Part shown: piece by piece, positions 33,316-43,943 of the stretch
Position numbering within the stretch: the stretch's first letter is position 1
How the letters are laid out: each line of letters opens with the position of its first letter
Assembly: GCA_000002445.1 (NCBI GenBank)
Contig: CP000069.1
Coordinates: 544,001-608,000, forward strand
DNA length: 64,000 nt
Origin: Trypanosoma brucei
Taxonomy: Eukaryota
Direction: 5' to 3'
Program-made: the position numbers and the translations under genes
The notes under the pieces: model-generated
What the model was told of the DNA's origin: nothing
What the model saw: the letters and a program-made list of their open reading frames with translations, nothing else
The model's database searches: none

Positions 33316-36300
33316 TCACCAATCACTATCACTGCTATCAAATGTGGGCAATTTTCGCTGGGGTACCTTCTTTGCAGGAGGCCCCTGAGCCGGCGGCTTC
33401 GCTTCCCCCCGGCGGATTTCGGCACTGTTCCCTTCACGCGACGAACCCGAAGACTCATTTCCAGCAGCACTACCCCCACTAATAACAGGGGGGTTGATGA
33501 CCTCAGCGGATCTCTGTAGGCTTTCATCGGTAATTGGTGGGGGTCCATCCGAGTCGCTATCTTCTTGCAGTGCTTCAGCGGCAATCGGCGGGGGTCCATC
33601 AAGTTCCGGTGATTCGTTAGGATTGTCAGCAACAACTGGCGGAGGCCCATCAAAATCATCGTTGTCAAACGGCGGAGGCCCATCAAGTTCCGGTGATTCG
33701 TTAGGATTGTCAGCAACAACCGGCGGAGGCCCATCAAGATCATCGTTGTCAAACGGCGGAGGCCCATCAAGTTCCGGTGATTCGTTAGGATTGTCAGCAA
33801 CAACCGGCGGAGGCCCATCAAAATCATCTTTGTCAATCGGCGGAGGCCCATCAAAATCATCGTTATCAATCGGTGGGGGTCCATCAAGATCATCGTTATC
33901 AATCGGCGGGGGTCCATCAAGTTCCGGTGGACTGTGTGAAGCTTCCAACGGGGCAGGAGGAGGCACACAACCACCTGTAGAAGAACTATGAGGTTCATAA
34001 AATTCAACTGGTGGTGGACCCTCGTCATCGGCGGATAATTGGGGGTCACCGGCTCCGGCACCCAACGTAGTAACAGCAGGTGGGGAGGAAATCACTTCGC
34101 CGTCATTCGGTGCGTCTTTTGGCAGTCCATCTGTTGGTACCTCCTCTCCCTCTTGAACGCCGTCTGTATCCGGAGCAGGTCGGAGTGATGGTATGTATTC
34201 AGCAAACATGTCAATTACAATTTGAAGAGTGGTTTCCTCCTCTGATACAATGCAGGCACGCATTTCACCCTCTCCCAACACGAGTGAGCGCTGTTCTGCC
34301 GCTATGGCAGCGATCCGTGTCACCAAACTCTTTTCATTTTCATAATCAAATAATAGCCCACTAAGTTCTGCACATTCCTCGGAGTCAATGGCATTGCGCA
34401 CGCCACTCTCCGTTGCAATTAAGTCATTTTGATCAGCGATGTGAACACTAGTTGTCGCATCCATAACGATAGAATGGAATTCGGCCTCTTCCTTCAGCAA
34501 AAGCACAGCGTACCCCCTGGCGCATTCACGGCGCAGCAATTGTCTTTCCTCCAACTCTGCAGACCATCTCGCTTCAAGGGCACTCAAATCTTCAGCGAAC
34601 TTTTCTAGCAACGTAGAAGCCAGGCGTTCTGCTTCGACGAAAAGCTGCTGCCGCTGCTCTGCCTCGCCCTTAAACATCAATGTAACTCTGTTGAAAAAGT
34701 CCTCCATTTGCATAACGATATCAAAACGGCCTTGCCTCTCTCGTGTGTTGAACTCACAAAGAGCTTCACCATCTCGCTCAATCATCAAAGCATACACAGC
34801 TTTAGCAGTCGACTCATAGCCCGTCTGTAGTGGCAACAGCCATCCGTTATATAACTCTTCCAAACTCTTTTTGTAGAGCATCAGCGTCGCTTCCTCGATC
34901 CACTGGAAGCGCCGCCGAGTTGCCGAAGCCAGTTCTGCAAGGTATTCCCGCTCCTGAAAGCTAAAATTAAGCGGTCTCCTCTTTCTTAGGTCTTCCAAAA
35001 GCGCCAACAAGTCGCTGACCTTAACCGGCCGCCGCAGTCGGTGGGCGAGAGCAGCAAAAGCAGCCATGATTTTGTCCCGACCACCTTGCAGCCTACCACG
35101 TGCGTTGCTAACCAACATTTCTAGTCGCCCGCGCCTGAAGTTCTCCTCGTGTAGCTGAGCGTTGAGACGTGCCGCCCTCGCGCCAGTGGTGCGCACCGTC
35201 ATTATACCGTCCTCAGCAGCCTGTCGAAGGTCCGCGCGACAGATATTGAGCTCCGCAAGAAGACGCTGTGCCTCCAGCGCGAGCTCCTGCTGCCTGTGCT
35301 CTGCTGCACTCCCTCGACTTTCCGCCTTTCCAATAGAGCGACCCTCTGCTTGACCGCGCCTGAAATTTTCCTCTGACGTGCGGGCACGATCCGCCATAAA
35401 CTTCGCCTCACGCGTTTGCAACTCCGTGATGAATTCTGTGCGCAACTGTTGCACCTCCATTGCGCGTCGTTGCCGCTCATCCTCAACAACCTGCGCATGC
35501 TGCGTCCGCTGCATGTCCGCCGCGCGCCGAACATCTTCAAGTTGGCCATTCTTCACGTGAAGTTCAGTTTTTGCCCTTGACAGCTGCTCTTGAAGTGTGG
35601 CTATAGTGGCCTCCAATGCCTTACGACGGGACCTTTCCTCTGACAGCGCATCTTGCAGATTATTAAGGGCACTAGCGGCTCTGTTTGTTTCTTCCGTGTT
35701 TAAGGAAGAAGTGCTACGCAAGTCTCGCAACTCTGTTTCGGATACCTGGAGAAGTTGCTTCACCGTCTGCAGATGTCGTTGAGCATCGTCCCGCTCCATT
35801 GCCGCCTGGTTAATTTGCTGCTGTACCTGCATGATAGCTCGCTCTCCCTCCAGTCTCACATCAGAAGCTGTTCGGGTGCACTTGTTCTTCTCGTCCAGCA
35901 GCTCCTGGGAGGCGAGGACCGCGCTGTCTACGCGCCGCTGCATTTCTTGATTACGGCGATCCAGCTCCCGTATTAATCCATCCCTTTGAGAGATAGAGTC
36001 GGCAACTCGGTCACTTTCCATGACGAGTTGCTGAACCGCTTCCAAAAGCGCTGCGTTTGTCAGCCTTGATGGCTTTGGTCTATTGATGGCGCGCCGCCAT
36101 TCGGCTGCTGTGGCCTCACTGATACTGCGGACGGTACGAGAATTTTCCACCGCCCCGTTAAGAAGCAGACCCAATCTCTGAAGGATTTCCATGTGTCCCT
36201 CTGGTACGCCAGCACCGGGCTCCACTGCAGAACTGCGTTGGGCAGATAATGCTCCCGGGGCCTCAACAACCCCCGCCCCACTGAAAGGCACGACAGCTGC

Positions 36301-37188
36301 CACGACATTACCACCCGAGCTACCTTCACTAGTTGGGACGATCAGAGCTCCGCTTCCTTCTTCGGCAACCGCTAAATCATCACCAACAGTCATCACCGTA
36401 GGTACACCGTCACTTTCCATGTTGAAAGTTTCGTCCTGAAGTATGTTTATCAACTGCACGACGAAAGCGGCACCATCGGCACCATACATGTTTCGGCGCC
36501 CATGCGGCAAGGCGGCAGCAGGCACCACAATGACGCGAGTGGAGCCCTCTCCCATACCGATCACTCCGCTTTCGAAGCCGTAGGCATCTGGAAAGTCACC
36601 CTGTAGGAGCGCTGCCGTGGACGCAACGGGTCTGAAGCAATACAACTCCTCCCCATTTGACTCCAGTAAGTCGCCCAGAAGTGGGAGCTCTGCACCACGA
36701 ACAGCATAAGCCGTATAATGAACACGCGCACGGTTATGCTGTTGGAGTCGAATGTCGACGCCGACAGGCATGAAGTCACTGGTATGTGCGGAATGTGTGG
36801 GTCGCCCTGCCAGCGCGTAGGTGGCTATTCCCAGAGCCGCGAGGAATGCCTTCTGTTTCTCTCCACTGAGAAACGCACACTTCCAATATTTTCCGGCCCC
36901 ATCGCGAAAACTTGCGTACATGCCGGTGTTCAACTGGAATTGTACGCTTTGCTCCAAACTTGAAGATATTGATGCCACACACAACGTTTCACGGCGGTCG
37001 TTGTAACACACAATACTGTACCTTGGCCGCCCTGCCGAGGTTGCTGCTGCAACAATGGCACACGCACAATTGCCACGTTCTATAGCCGTTCCATCAACCA
37101 CTTCAAATAGAGAAATCGGTGCGGCAATCAGTACCTTCTGCTGCATCACATTCAGCAGCAAAGGTTTTTTGTGGGTAACGTAAAGCAA
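33316..37188 (-). CDS. large coiled-coil protein (1290 aa) with a C-terminal tandem-repeat domain (DGPPP motifs)
   Basis: The central ~500 aa is heptad-rich and charged (…LQEQLSRAKTELHVKNGQLEDVRRAADMQRTQHAQVVEDERQRR…). The C-terminus carries about 11 copies of DGPPP within 11 aa and 17 aa repeat units (DGPPPIDNDDL / ESPELDGPPPVVADNPN). Confidence 0.6.
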   Translation of the reverse strand: MLYVTHKKPLLLNVMQQKVLIAAPISLFEVVDGTAIERGNCACAIVAAATSAGRPRYSIVCYNDRRETLCVASISSSLEQSVQFQLNTGMYASFRDGAGKYWKCAFLSGEKQKAFLAALGIATYALAGRPTHSAHTSDFMPVGVDIRLQQHNRARVHYTAYAVRGAELPLLGDLLESNGEELYCFRPVASTAALLQGDFPDAYGFESGVIGMGEGSTRVIVVPAAALPHGRRNMYGADGAAFVVQLINILQDETFNMESDGVPTVMTVGDDLAVAEEGSGALIVPTSEGSSGGNVVAAVVPFSGAGVVEAPGALSAQRSSAVEPGAGVPEGHMEILQRLGLLLNGAVENSRTVRSISEATAAEWRRAINRPKPSRLTNAALLEAVQQLVMESDRVADSISQRDGLIRELDRRNQEMQRRVDSAVLASQELLDEKNKCTRTASDVRLEGERAIMQVQQQINQAAMERDDAQRHLQTVKQLLQVSETELRDLRSTSSLNTEETNRAASALNNLQDALSEERSRRKALEATIATLQEQLSRAKTELHVKNGQLEDVRRAADMQRTQHAQVVEDERQRRAMEVQQLRTEFITELQTREAKFMADRARTSEENFRRGQAEGRSIGKAESRGSAAEHRQQELALEAQRLLAELNICRADLRQAAEDGIMTVRTTGARAARLNAQLHEENFRRGRLEMLVSNARGRLQGGRDKIMAAFAALAHRLRRPVKVSDLLALLEDLRKRRPLNFSFQEREYLAELASATRRRFQWIEEATLMLYKKSLEELYNGWLLPLQTGYESTAKAVYALMIERDGEALCEFNTRERQGRFDIVMQMEDFFNRVTLMFKGEAEQRQQLFVEAERLASTLLEKFAEDLSALEARWSAELEERQLLRRECARGYAVLLLKEEAEFHSIVMDATTSVHIADQNDLIATESGVRNAIDSEECAELSGLLFDYENEKSLVTRIAAIAAEQRSLVLGEGEMRACIVSEEETTLQIVIDMFAEYIPSLRPAPDTDGVQEGEEVPTDGLPKDAPNDGEVISSPPAVTTLGAGAGDPQLSADDEGPPPVEFYEPHSSSTGGCVPPPAPLEASHSPPELDGPPPIDNDDLDGPPPIDNDDFDGPPPIDKDDFDGPPPVVADNPNESPELDGPPPFDNDDLDGPPPVVADNPNESPELDGPPPFDNDDFDGPPPVVADNPNESPELDGPPPIAAEALQEDSDSDGPPPITDESLQRSAEVINPPVISGGSAAGNESSGSSREGNSAEIRRGEAKPPAQGPPAKKVPQRKLPTFDSSDSDW
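33587..33935 (-). repeat. coding tandem-repeat array of alternating 51-nt and 33-nt units sharing the core ggcggaggcccatcaa (DGPPP on the minus strand)
   Basis: Units read directly from the sequence: 33587-33637, 33638-33670, 33671-33721, 33722-33754, 33755-33805, 33806-33838, 33839-33871 and 33872-33904, plus a partial unit. There are only a few substitutions between copies. Confidence 0.85.
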
Positions 37189-38170
37189 GAAAATGAAAAA
37201 GTTACTAAGTTGTGTGTATATATATTTATTTATAACTGAATGGACGTTTCCGTTAGAGGATAGACCTTCCTTCTCTCTTTATCCTTCCTTGAGGAAAGGC
37301 AACAACTACTTTGCACAAAAGAAGAAAGTGTTTATGCGACGCCGTAGGCGCTAAGTTAGAGGCGCATACTGACTACTCAAGCAAGAATCGTATGACCGCT
37401 TAATTAAGACCGGGCGTGCACAGCGAGAAGGAATCGCAACCTTCTTCGTTGTTTTTATTTATTACTATGATCACCTCACTCATTCAACGCTTGCCCGTCA
37501 CCACCCCTATTCCGCGCCACTACCATTAACACACAAAACAATCCCAATGTCATTTCCATAACGGCAATATGGAAGCAAAAATGAGAGAAAATTGGAACAT
37601 AAGGAAGAGTTAAAAAACAAGAGATAAGTGACATCAAAGGAAAGAAGGAGGAAAAAAAGGAGTAAACTTCCACACCTTTTTTTCACACTTCACTTACCAT
37701 ATCCTCAACCTTTCCCCCTCTTCACTTGCAAAGCATACAGATGTTGTATTTGTTATTATTTTTTTAAATATATATCCTTTTAAACGCCGTCTCGCATCGT
37801 TATCAATCCGCACATATTCGGCAAGCACACATTCCCCATGGGCATATCAACAAAAGGACTCTTTAAAAAAACAAAAAAAAATATGTGCAATGAGATAAGT
37901 ATATGAGATGTTAGAATCAATGTCCATTATTATATTGTAAAGGCCAAGTGTGGAGGATGGAGGACTTTTTAAAAAAAAAAAGAAAATTGAAAAGCGGCCT
38001 CTCCTCCAAAACGAAACAAAGGGAATAATTTCTGTGAACGACCGAACTCGACGCGAACACCCACTTCAACAAACTCATCCCTCCATGCTCAACTCACACG
38101 TTAAGGCGCACATAAATTTTCAACATATTGCAAACAGCAGCAAAACAGAAAACTTCCTTGTCTTCCATCC

Positions 38171-39646
38171 TCAGCCCAAGTGAGTTGCGCTTGTGCGTCT
38201 GCGTGGCCGATAAAAGGTGCGAACGGTGATGCACGACAGCACCGACGAAAAAAGGGATAATGTCAACGAACCAACCACCATAACTCTCACTAACGAATCA
38301 TCCTCACAATTCTGTCCCAAGTGAAGCTGAAGAGACAACTTGGACTTGAGCACCTCTATCTGCTTCATGACGTCCTGTAATTTGTCACGGTTTTCGTTAT
38401 TACTCCGCTTGAAGTCCTTCACTTGCATCCCTAACCACTGCAACGTGATCTCCCTTTGTGCGGCTTTCAACTCCATATCCTTGTGGCGCGAATTCAAGTC
38501 TACTACCTCCTGCTGAAGCGTTTTTATCTGTTTACTCATTTGGGCAAGCATGAGTAATACCGAACTGCTGGTGTGTGGTTTGGAAAGAGCGGTAATTTTG
38601 TTTGATAGCGCGACACGAGATACGCAGAAACTGAGTAGGTGGATCACATATAGATTCCGTTCGTGTGGAAGACATGTTCGGGACGCATTTTCTGGTGGAA
38701 GAACGGTGGAACAGTAACGCTGGGCAATGGTATCTAAATACATGCTATTGAAGGTGGTGCCATTACACTTCTTGGTTTTACTTCCATCATCCTTGCAGCC
38801 ATTTAAGTCCACACAGAGATTGCCTTCATAATTTGAGTGCTTGAGTAGACCACCTCCTGGGGAGCGACTGTTGGTCTCGTGATGATCCTCAACAGTACTA
38901 ATAACAGCAGCAGTTACGCCAGCACCACTGGTACCGTAATCTATGCCAATGGCAGTGTGTTTGTCATCCTGAGGAGGGGACACAATTATTAGTGGCTCAG
39001 TTAACGGAGTGGGTGGAATAGAATGTTCCTGTTCCTGCTCGTGTTGTTGTTGTTCCTCTACGCTAACAGTGTAATCCTCCGTAAGAGTTTCAAGTACATC
39101 CACACCGAATACCTTGAAGGTGGTGAGCGCGCACCATGAATGTTCTCCGTATGAAGTTGCCCATAAGAAGCGCAGGAACCGCACAGGTTGCTGATTTGCC
39201 ACATCGAAATGTTGAGTGCCCCGCCACGGATCCGCTTTGAAGTGTCCCAGCACTCGCCATTCATTAGTTGGGTACCTGCTACTTCCAAGCACAGTAAAAT
39301 TTTTTACCCTGGAGCTGAAATGCTCTTGGCTCACAAGTGTCATGATGCGAACCTCGATACCACGTATAAGTTGCACGGTGAAGTATTTCCGCTGTGTATT
39401 GCAGGGACACAGCATATACTTCTCATTATCTTCATTGAGAACTGAAGATGCATCAAGGCATTCTGGACTAAAATCAGTCAACGTAGCACCCAAGTATGCC
39501 GATGCATAATTTGTTGTGAATCCTTTGCTCCGTTCGTGTGGCTTCTCATCACGCCACCCGGGTTCCGACGGTCTGAAAAAAGTCGATGCATACGCGGCAG
39601 CAACCACAACAACAAAAGCCGCCGCAGGTAAGTAGTACCGTTTCAT
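38171..39646 (-). CDS. SUN (Sad1/UNC-84)-like domain membrane protein with Slp1/SUCO-type architecture
   Basis: N-terminal signal peptide MKRYYLPAAAFVVVVAAAYAS. A ~150 aa domain with SUN-like conserved stretches (FTVQLIRGIEVRIMTLVSQEHFSSRVKNFTVLGS…VRFLRFLWATSYGEHSWCALTTFKVFG). Then a coiled coil (…LQQEVVDLNSRHKDMELKAAQREITLQW…) and a C-terminal TM (LVRVMVVGSLTLSLFSSVLSCITV). Confidence 0.6.
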   Translation of the reverse strand: MKRYYLPAAAFVVVVAAAYASTFFRPSEPGWRDEKPHERSKGFTTNYASAYLGATLTDFSPECLDASSVLNEDNEKYMLCPCNTQRKYFTVQLIRGIEVRIMTLVSQEHFSSRVKNFTVLGSSRYPTNEWRVLGHFKADPWRGTQHFDVANQQPVRFLRFLWATSYGEHSWCALTTFKVFGVDVLETLTEDYTVSVEEQQQHEQEQEHSIPPTPLTEPLIIVSPPQDDKHTAIGIDYGTSGAGVTAAVISTVEDHHETNSRSPGGGLLKHSNYEGNLCVDLNGCKDDGSKTKKCNGTTFNSMYLDTIAQRYCSTVLPPENASRTCLPHERNLYVIHLLSFCVSRVALSNKITALSKPHTSSSVLLMLAQMSKQIKTLQQEVVDLNSRHKDMELKAAQREITLQWLGMQVKDFKRSNNENRDKLQDVMKQIEVLKSKLSLQLHLGQNCEDDSLVRVMVVGSLTLSLFSSVLSCITVRTFYRPRRRTSATHLG

Positions 39647-40160
39647 GATAAATAAATGTGTCTACACGTATGTTTATTATATATCTCGCTTTAACAAAAA
39701 GAAAAAAAAGAAAATGTGTTATCCTACGGTATCCCTTGCGGCCTATCCAATGTGCCCCCTTCTGCTATTGAGGGAATAAAAACACATCAAAAGCAAAGGG
39801 GAGAAAAAAAAAAGGTCGAAAAGGAGGGAAACCAGATTGCCGTAAAGAAACCATGAGCGGAAGGTGATTACCTCCACACTCCACTCCGTATGCAACAGCG
39901 GTACCAAACATTTTCACCAGAGGGACAAACTTGCGTTGTTACGCACTCAACTATGCGAATGAGTTAAAGAACTTACTCAAACCGAGACCACAGCAACATG
40001 ATCTGCAAGGTGGAAGATATCGCCTTTTTTTTTCCTCCCATATCCCCACAACTTCTCTTTAATACTTTTTTTTTTAATAACGGTCGCACAACTAAAACAC
40101 TGCTTGGTCCTGTGTGTTGAAGTTGCAGCAAAACGTTACTACAATGCAAAAAAAAAAATG

Positions 40161-42266
40161 CTACGAAGAACCTCCAAAGAGTTCCTCAAATTCCCTGTCA
40201 ATCTCCATTCCAACATCACGGGTATCACCGGCAGCTGTGGCTGATAAATCCACAGTCGCCGTATCTGTTGGTACTGCAGTTGTAGTCAACAAAAATGTTT
40301 CGGACCCACCACCAGTTATCAAGGGAGAAGAGTTCGTCGTCTCCCCCAAATTTTCGACCTTCGGCTCCTGCTTGTAAGAGGGTCCCTTGTAAGCCGCAAC
40401 ACTCGTGATAAGATCAAATTCATCGTCGCTGCCGGTATCATCACCTCCTAAAGAGAAAGCGTTCTGGCGAGGAGCGGAGTCTTTGAACTCCTTGACTGAT
40501 TCAGCTTTTGCAGATGTCAAATATGCGGGTTGCGACTGGCAGCTCTTCACCAACTGCGCTGGTAACGACGCCGCCGTACCGGATTCTCCAAAAGTTGCCG
40601 TCGTATTTATGGTTTCGACACCACCTCTTGGCTTCAGTCGCTCACTAACACGTTTGAACAACCCCATTCCCCATGTTTTAACAGCTTCAACCTGTTCCTT
40701 CGCTTTGTTGCTAATTTCCTCAGCCTTTCGCCGCGCCTCAGTTCCATCAAAGTCCACACGAGGCACGAGTTTCGCGAGAACATTGTTTCGAAATGTGCCC
40801 GAGCCACTCAACAACACGGTGGTTTCACCGTTAGCAGTTGTCTTCACCATCGTGATTTCATTAGTTTTCATCAATGAAATGACAGTGCGAAAGCGGCCGC
40901 TACTCACATATGGGAGCCCGCCATGAACCAAACGGAGCGTTACTACATTCAATAAATTGATCTCCTCTGTTATTTGCCGCCCAGTGCCAAACACACAGAG
41001 GTGCCCTCCGCGTGTCGTCGAGAGTGTTAACACCAGTTTGTTGATCTTTTCCGTATCGAAGCCAATATCGTCTCCTGCATGAACTGCAGCGGGCAATCGG
41101 GCGGCATCGAAACTAACGCGAGCCCGGCAATCCACAATGGTGTAGTTTATGGGCGGGCATTCAGAAGGTTCAGATGTTGTAGTCGTAAATGATTCTAGAT
41201 AGTCACCGCGCTCTAATGGAAGGGCCGCAAATGACGAGTAATACTCTGCAAGTGCTTGCGGTGTCTTTTGGATGCTACTTGGCTGCCCTCTACCAAAATT
41301 ACCAGGGTACAGCAGTGTTCTAATCACGTGCCGTGTGACACGCGGTGTATTTCGCCGCACAACATCTGCATTTTGCACCAACGCACCTCCAGAAGAAAGT
41401 GGTACAAGAGCCGCCGACACACAACCATGAGGCTGAAAACTGACGTTGTTATCACCAGACACGGGCAGTTGAAAGATAATTGACTCCATTGCCATCTCCA
41501 GTTCCTTCTTCGTGTTCAGATTCAGGAAGCGTTTACGGCAGGAAATTAGATATGCCAGTATAAAATACACTGTGTATGTAGCATCACCTGTTACTAACAG
41601 CCAATCCCACACCTGCACAGCCGATTCAGAATTACCGCCCATTACAAAGAGACGCCGCGCCCAACGGAAAATATAAGCACCGATATCAATCAGATGCTGC
41701 CCAAGATGAAGAGACAACTGGGGATCGTGGTACTGAAGTAGAAGACGGAATAATGCTATAAGTGCGTCACCATACAGGGAGGAAGATTCAGGTGCCACAA
41801 ACTCTTTACAAAACGCTTCTAACAGAAAGAAAAACATGCTCAGCGTCTCCGACTCAGAGGGCAAATCTGCAGCGGCAACAACAGAAGCTAATGCTGTGGC
41901 AATGGGTGCAATTCGCTGATCAAACGCACACTTTGTTTCATTCGTGAAATGGTACATGAAACCCTGCAACTCGGCATCTTCCCACCTCTTGTTTTTGCTT
42001 CCCAACGTTTCCTTCAACTGCACAAGAGTGGAGTGTTGAATATTATCCGCAGCAGACGCGTACTTGGCAAACGATATTGTCCCATATTTCCTCTGCTTGT
42101 GTAATAGAAGCCCACAATACAAATTGTAACGCCGTCGTGCAGACAAAACATTTGACATTTGTTGGACTCGCATGCACGCCTCCCGGAGTGACTCCGTTGT
42201 CACATATTGCGACTCACATCCTACCTTGTCCAGCAGTTCAAAAAGTTTCTCAGTTGCTCCACTCAT
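40161..42266 (-). CDS. TBC (Rab-GAP)-like domain protein with a rhodanese-like domain
   Basis: A 701 aa ORF. LSLHLGQHLIDIGAYIFRWARRLFVMGGNSESAVQVWDWLLVTGDATYTVYFILAYLI matches the conserved C-terminal half of TBC domains (…W…lF…vlrvWD.ll.eG…). INYTIVDCRARVSFDAARLPAAVHAG further downstream resembles a rhodanese fold, giving an overall TBC1D23-like layout. No arginine or glutamine finger was identified. Confidence 0.5.
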   Translation of the reverse strand: MSGATEKLFELLDKVGCESQYVTTESLREACMRVQQMSNVLSARRRYNLYCGLLLHKQRKYGTISFAKYASAADNIQHSTLVQLKETLGSKNKRWEDAELQGFMYHFTNETKCAFDQRIAPIATALASVVAAADLPSESETLSMFFFLLEAFCKEFVAPESSSLYGDALIALFRLLLQYHDPQLSLHLGQHLIDIGAYIFRWARRLFVMGGNSESAVQVWDWLLVTGDATYTVYFILAYLISCRKRFLNLNTKKELEMAMESIIFQLPVSGDNNVSFQPHGCVSAALVPLSSGGALVQNADVVRRNTPRVTRHVIRTLLYPGNFGRGQPSSIQKTPQALAEYYSSFAALPLERGDYLESFTTTTSEPSECPPINYTIVDCRARVSFDAARLPAAVHAGDDIGFDTEKINKLVLTLSTTRGGHLCVFGTGRQITEEINLLNVVTLRLVHGGLPYVSSGRFRTVISLMKTNEITMVKTTANGETTVLLSGSGTFRNNVLAKLVPRVDFDGTEARRKAEEISNKAKEQVEAVKTWGMGLFKRVSERLKPRGGVETINTTATFGESGTAASLPAQLVKSCQSQPAYLTSAKAESVKEFKDSAPRQNAFSLGGDDTGSDDEFDLITSVAAYKGPSYKQEPKVENLGETTNSSPLITGGGSETFLLTTTAVPTDTATVDLSATAAGDTRDVGMEIDREFEELFGGSS

Positions 42267-43943
42267 CGTAAACTACAACAAGAAATAAATTATTATTATT
42301 ATTTTTTTTCCCCCACCCTTCCTTTCTCACCCAAAGAAATACAAAAGAAAAAAAGGGAATAAATTTGATTAAAAAACAAAACAGGAGAGAGAGAGAGAGG
42401 GAGGGGGAAAAAAAAGGTTTGTCTCCCGCGTATGTCCAATAGATTAGAGAAGTAGTTGATGAAAGGAATAAAAAGAATATGCCTTTTTTACTTCCACGTA
42501 CTTCCTATCGATTTCCTTCCCTTAAAAGTTGAAACATGTCCGGACGATGTATGACTCACATTCCTCATTCGCGTTAAATGCAAAATAAAAAGAAAAACGG
42601 GGTAATAACTCAATTACAGAGGACAGTCAATGCCTTACCTACCACACTACACCAAAAAAAGAAAAAAGCGAAAATCTGTCAGGAAAATAAAAAAAACGAA
42701 TTGGTCTTGTAATTTATGTGCAGTAACAGACCCGTTCACGCACATACATACATATACAAAAAAAAAGGAAATGAAAAAACTTTTTAAGTCGAGTAAGACT
42801 TAGCTACGACACCCTTTTTTTTTCTATGTAAATATTAAAGAGGAAAACATATAATAATTTATTGGTAGGGTTCCACGATTCCTTTCGCAGCCTCCGGCAG
42901 AAAAAAAGAAAAGGAAAGAACGAGACCATAAAAATAGGAAAGAAAACAATATTAATTCACCAAACTAGTGAAAAAGAAAGAAGGTACGAGGAAGGTAGGC
43001 TGTAGATACAATCTTTGTGGGGCACTTTTTCAACCAATCAATCAACCACTGGCGGAAGCAAAAAAAAAAACAAAAAGGAGTTGTGCATATACGTGTATTG
43101 GTACTTCTTGTGTTCGTGTTGTTGTTTTTTTTTTTGCGACACCGGTTGGATGAGGCGCACATAATCACGCTGTCACACTCCACAACTTCGCGCAGAATTA
43201 ATGAAGAAAGTTATGGAGGTACGCTTCTTCTCCCCTCTTCCCTTCTCAGTACACACACGCAGAGAAACGCACAGCGCGTGTTTCATGAGACTTTGGATAA
43301 AATAATACAGAAGGTAAAAGAAAAGAAAGAAAACAGTAAGGAGCCACTACCACCCGACATCAAATTCAACATATTCGAAAACACGGCAACGACTCAAAGC
43401 GTTAAAAAGATATATATATATATGAGATGTGGCGAACAGAGGAGTAGAGAAGGAAAGATAACCAAAGAAAATCATAAACACAAACGGGCGCACAGGGCAG
43501 TGCAGAGAGATATGCGGCCTACAATCACAGCCACCATCTTTCTCACTCACACGTGCCCCTTTTCGCTTCGTCTGTGTTTTCGCGCAGCTTCACCTTTTAT
43601 TGTTATTATTTTTTTTTCTTTTTTCATTCGTGCTCTCAAGATCCATCACTCTTGACTTTGGTGGAAATAACTCGGCACGTCACGTGCATCTTAAATGTCG
43701 CATGTAAGAGGAGGGGGGGGGGAAACGAAAGCAAAAAAGAAAATTTATGAATGAGCAACAAACCCACTCTTTTATCATGATACAAGAATAGTAACGATAT
43801 ATTTATATGTGACTTTGTTTCTCAAGAGAGTGCCGTTCTCTCGTTCTCTTGTCTTGTCTTGTTTTATCTTTGCTTTATTTATTTATTTATTCCCATTAAG
43901 AAAATATCTAGAGAGCACTGCTGTTAAACTCACTGTCCACGCA

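Noticed and set aside
33494-33991. Plus-strand ORF (165 aa) encoding a G/S/P-rich repeat protein
   Set aside because: It is simply the antisense reading of the minus-strand DGPPP tandem-repeat array. Its periodicity is inherited from the real gene on the other strand.
43017-43655. Longest plus-strand ORF (212 aa) in the TBC-Ku80 spacer
   Set aside because: Its composition is dominated by K/F/L runs from A/T tracts. It runs opposite to every supported gene in a unidirectional array, and no domain was recognised.
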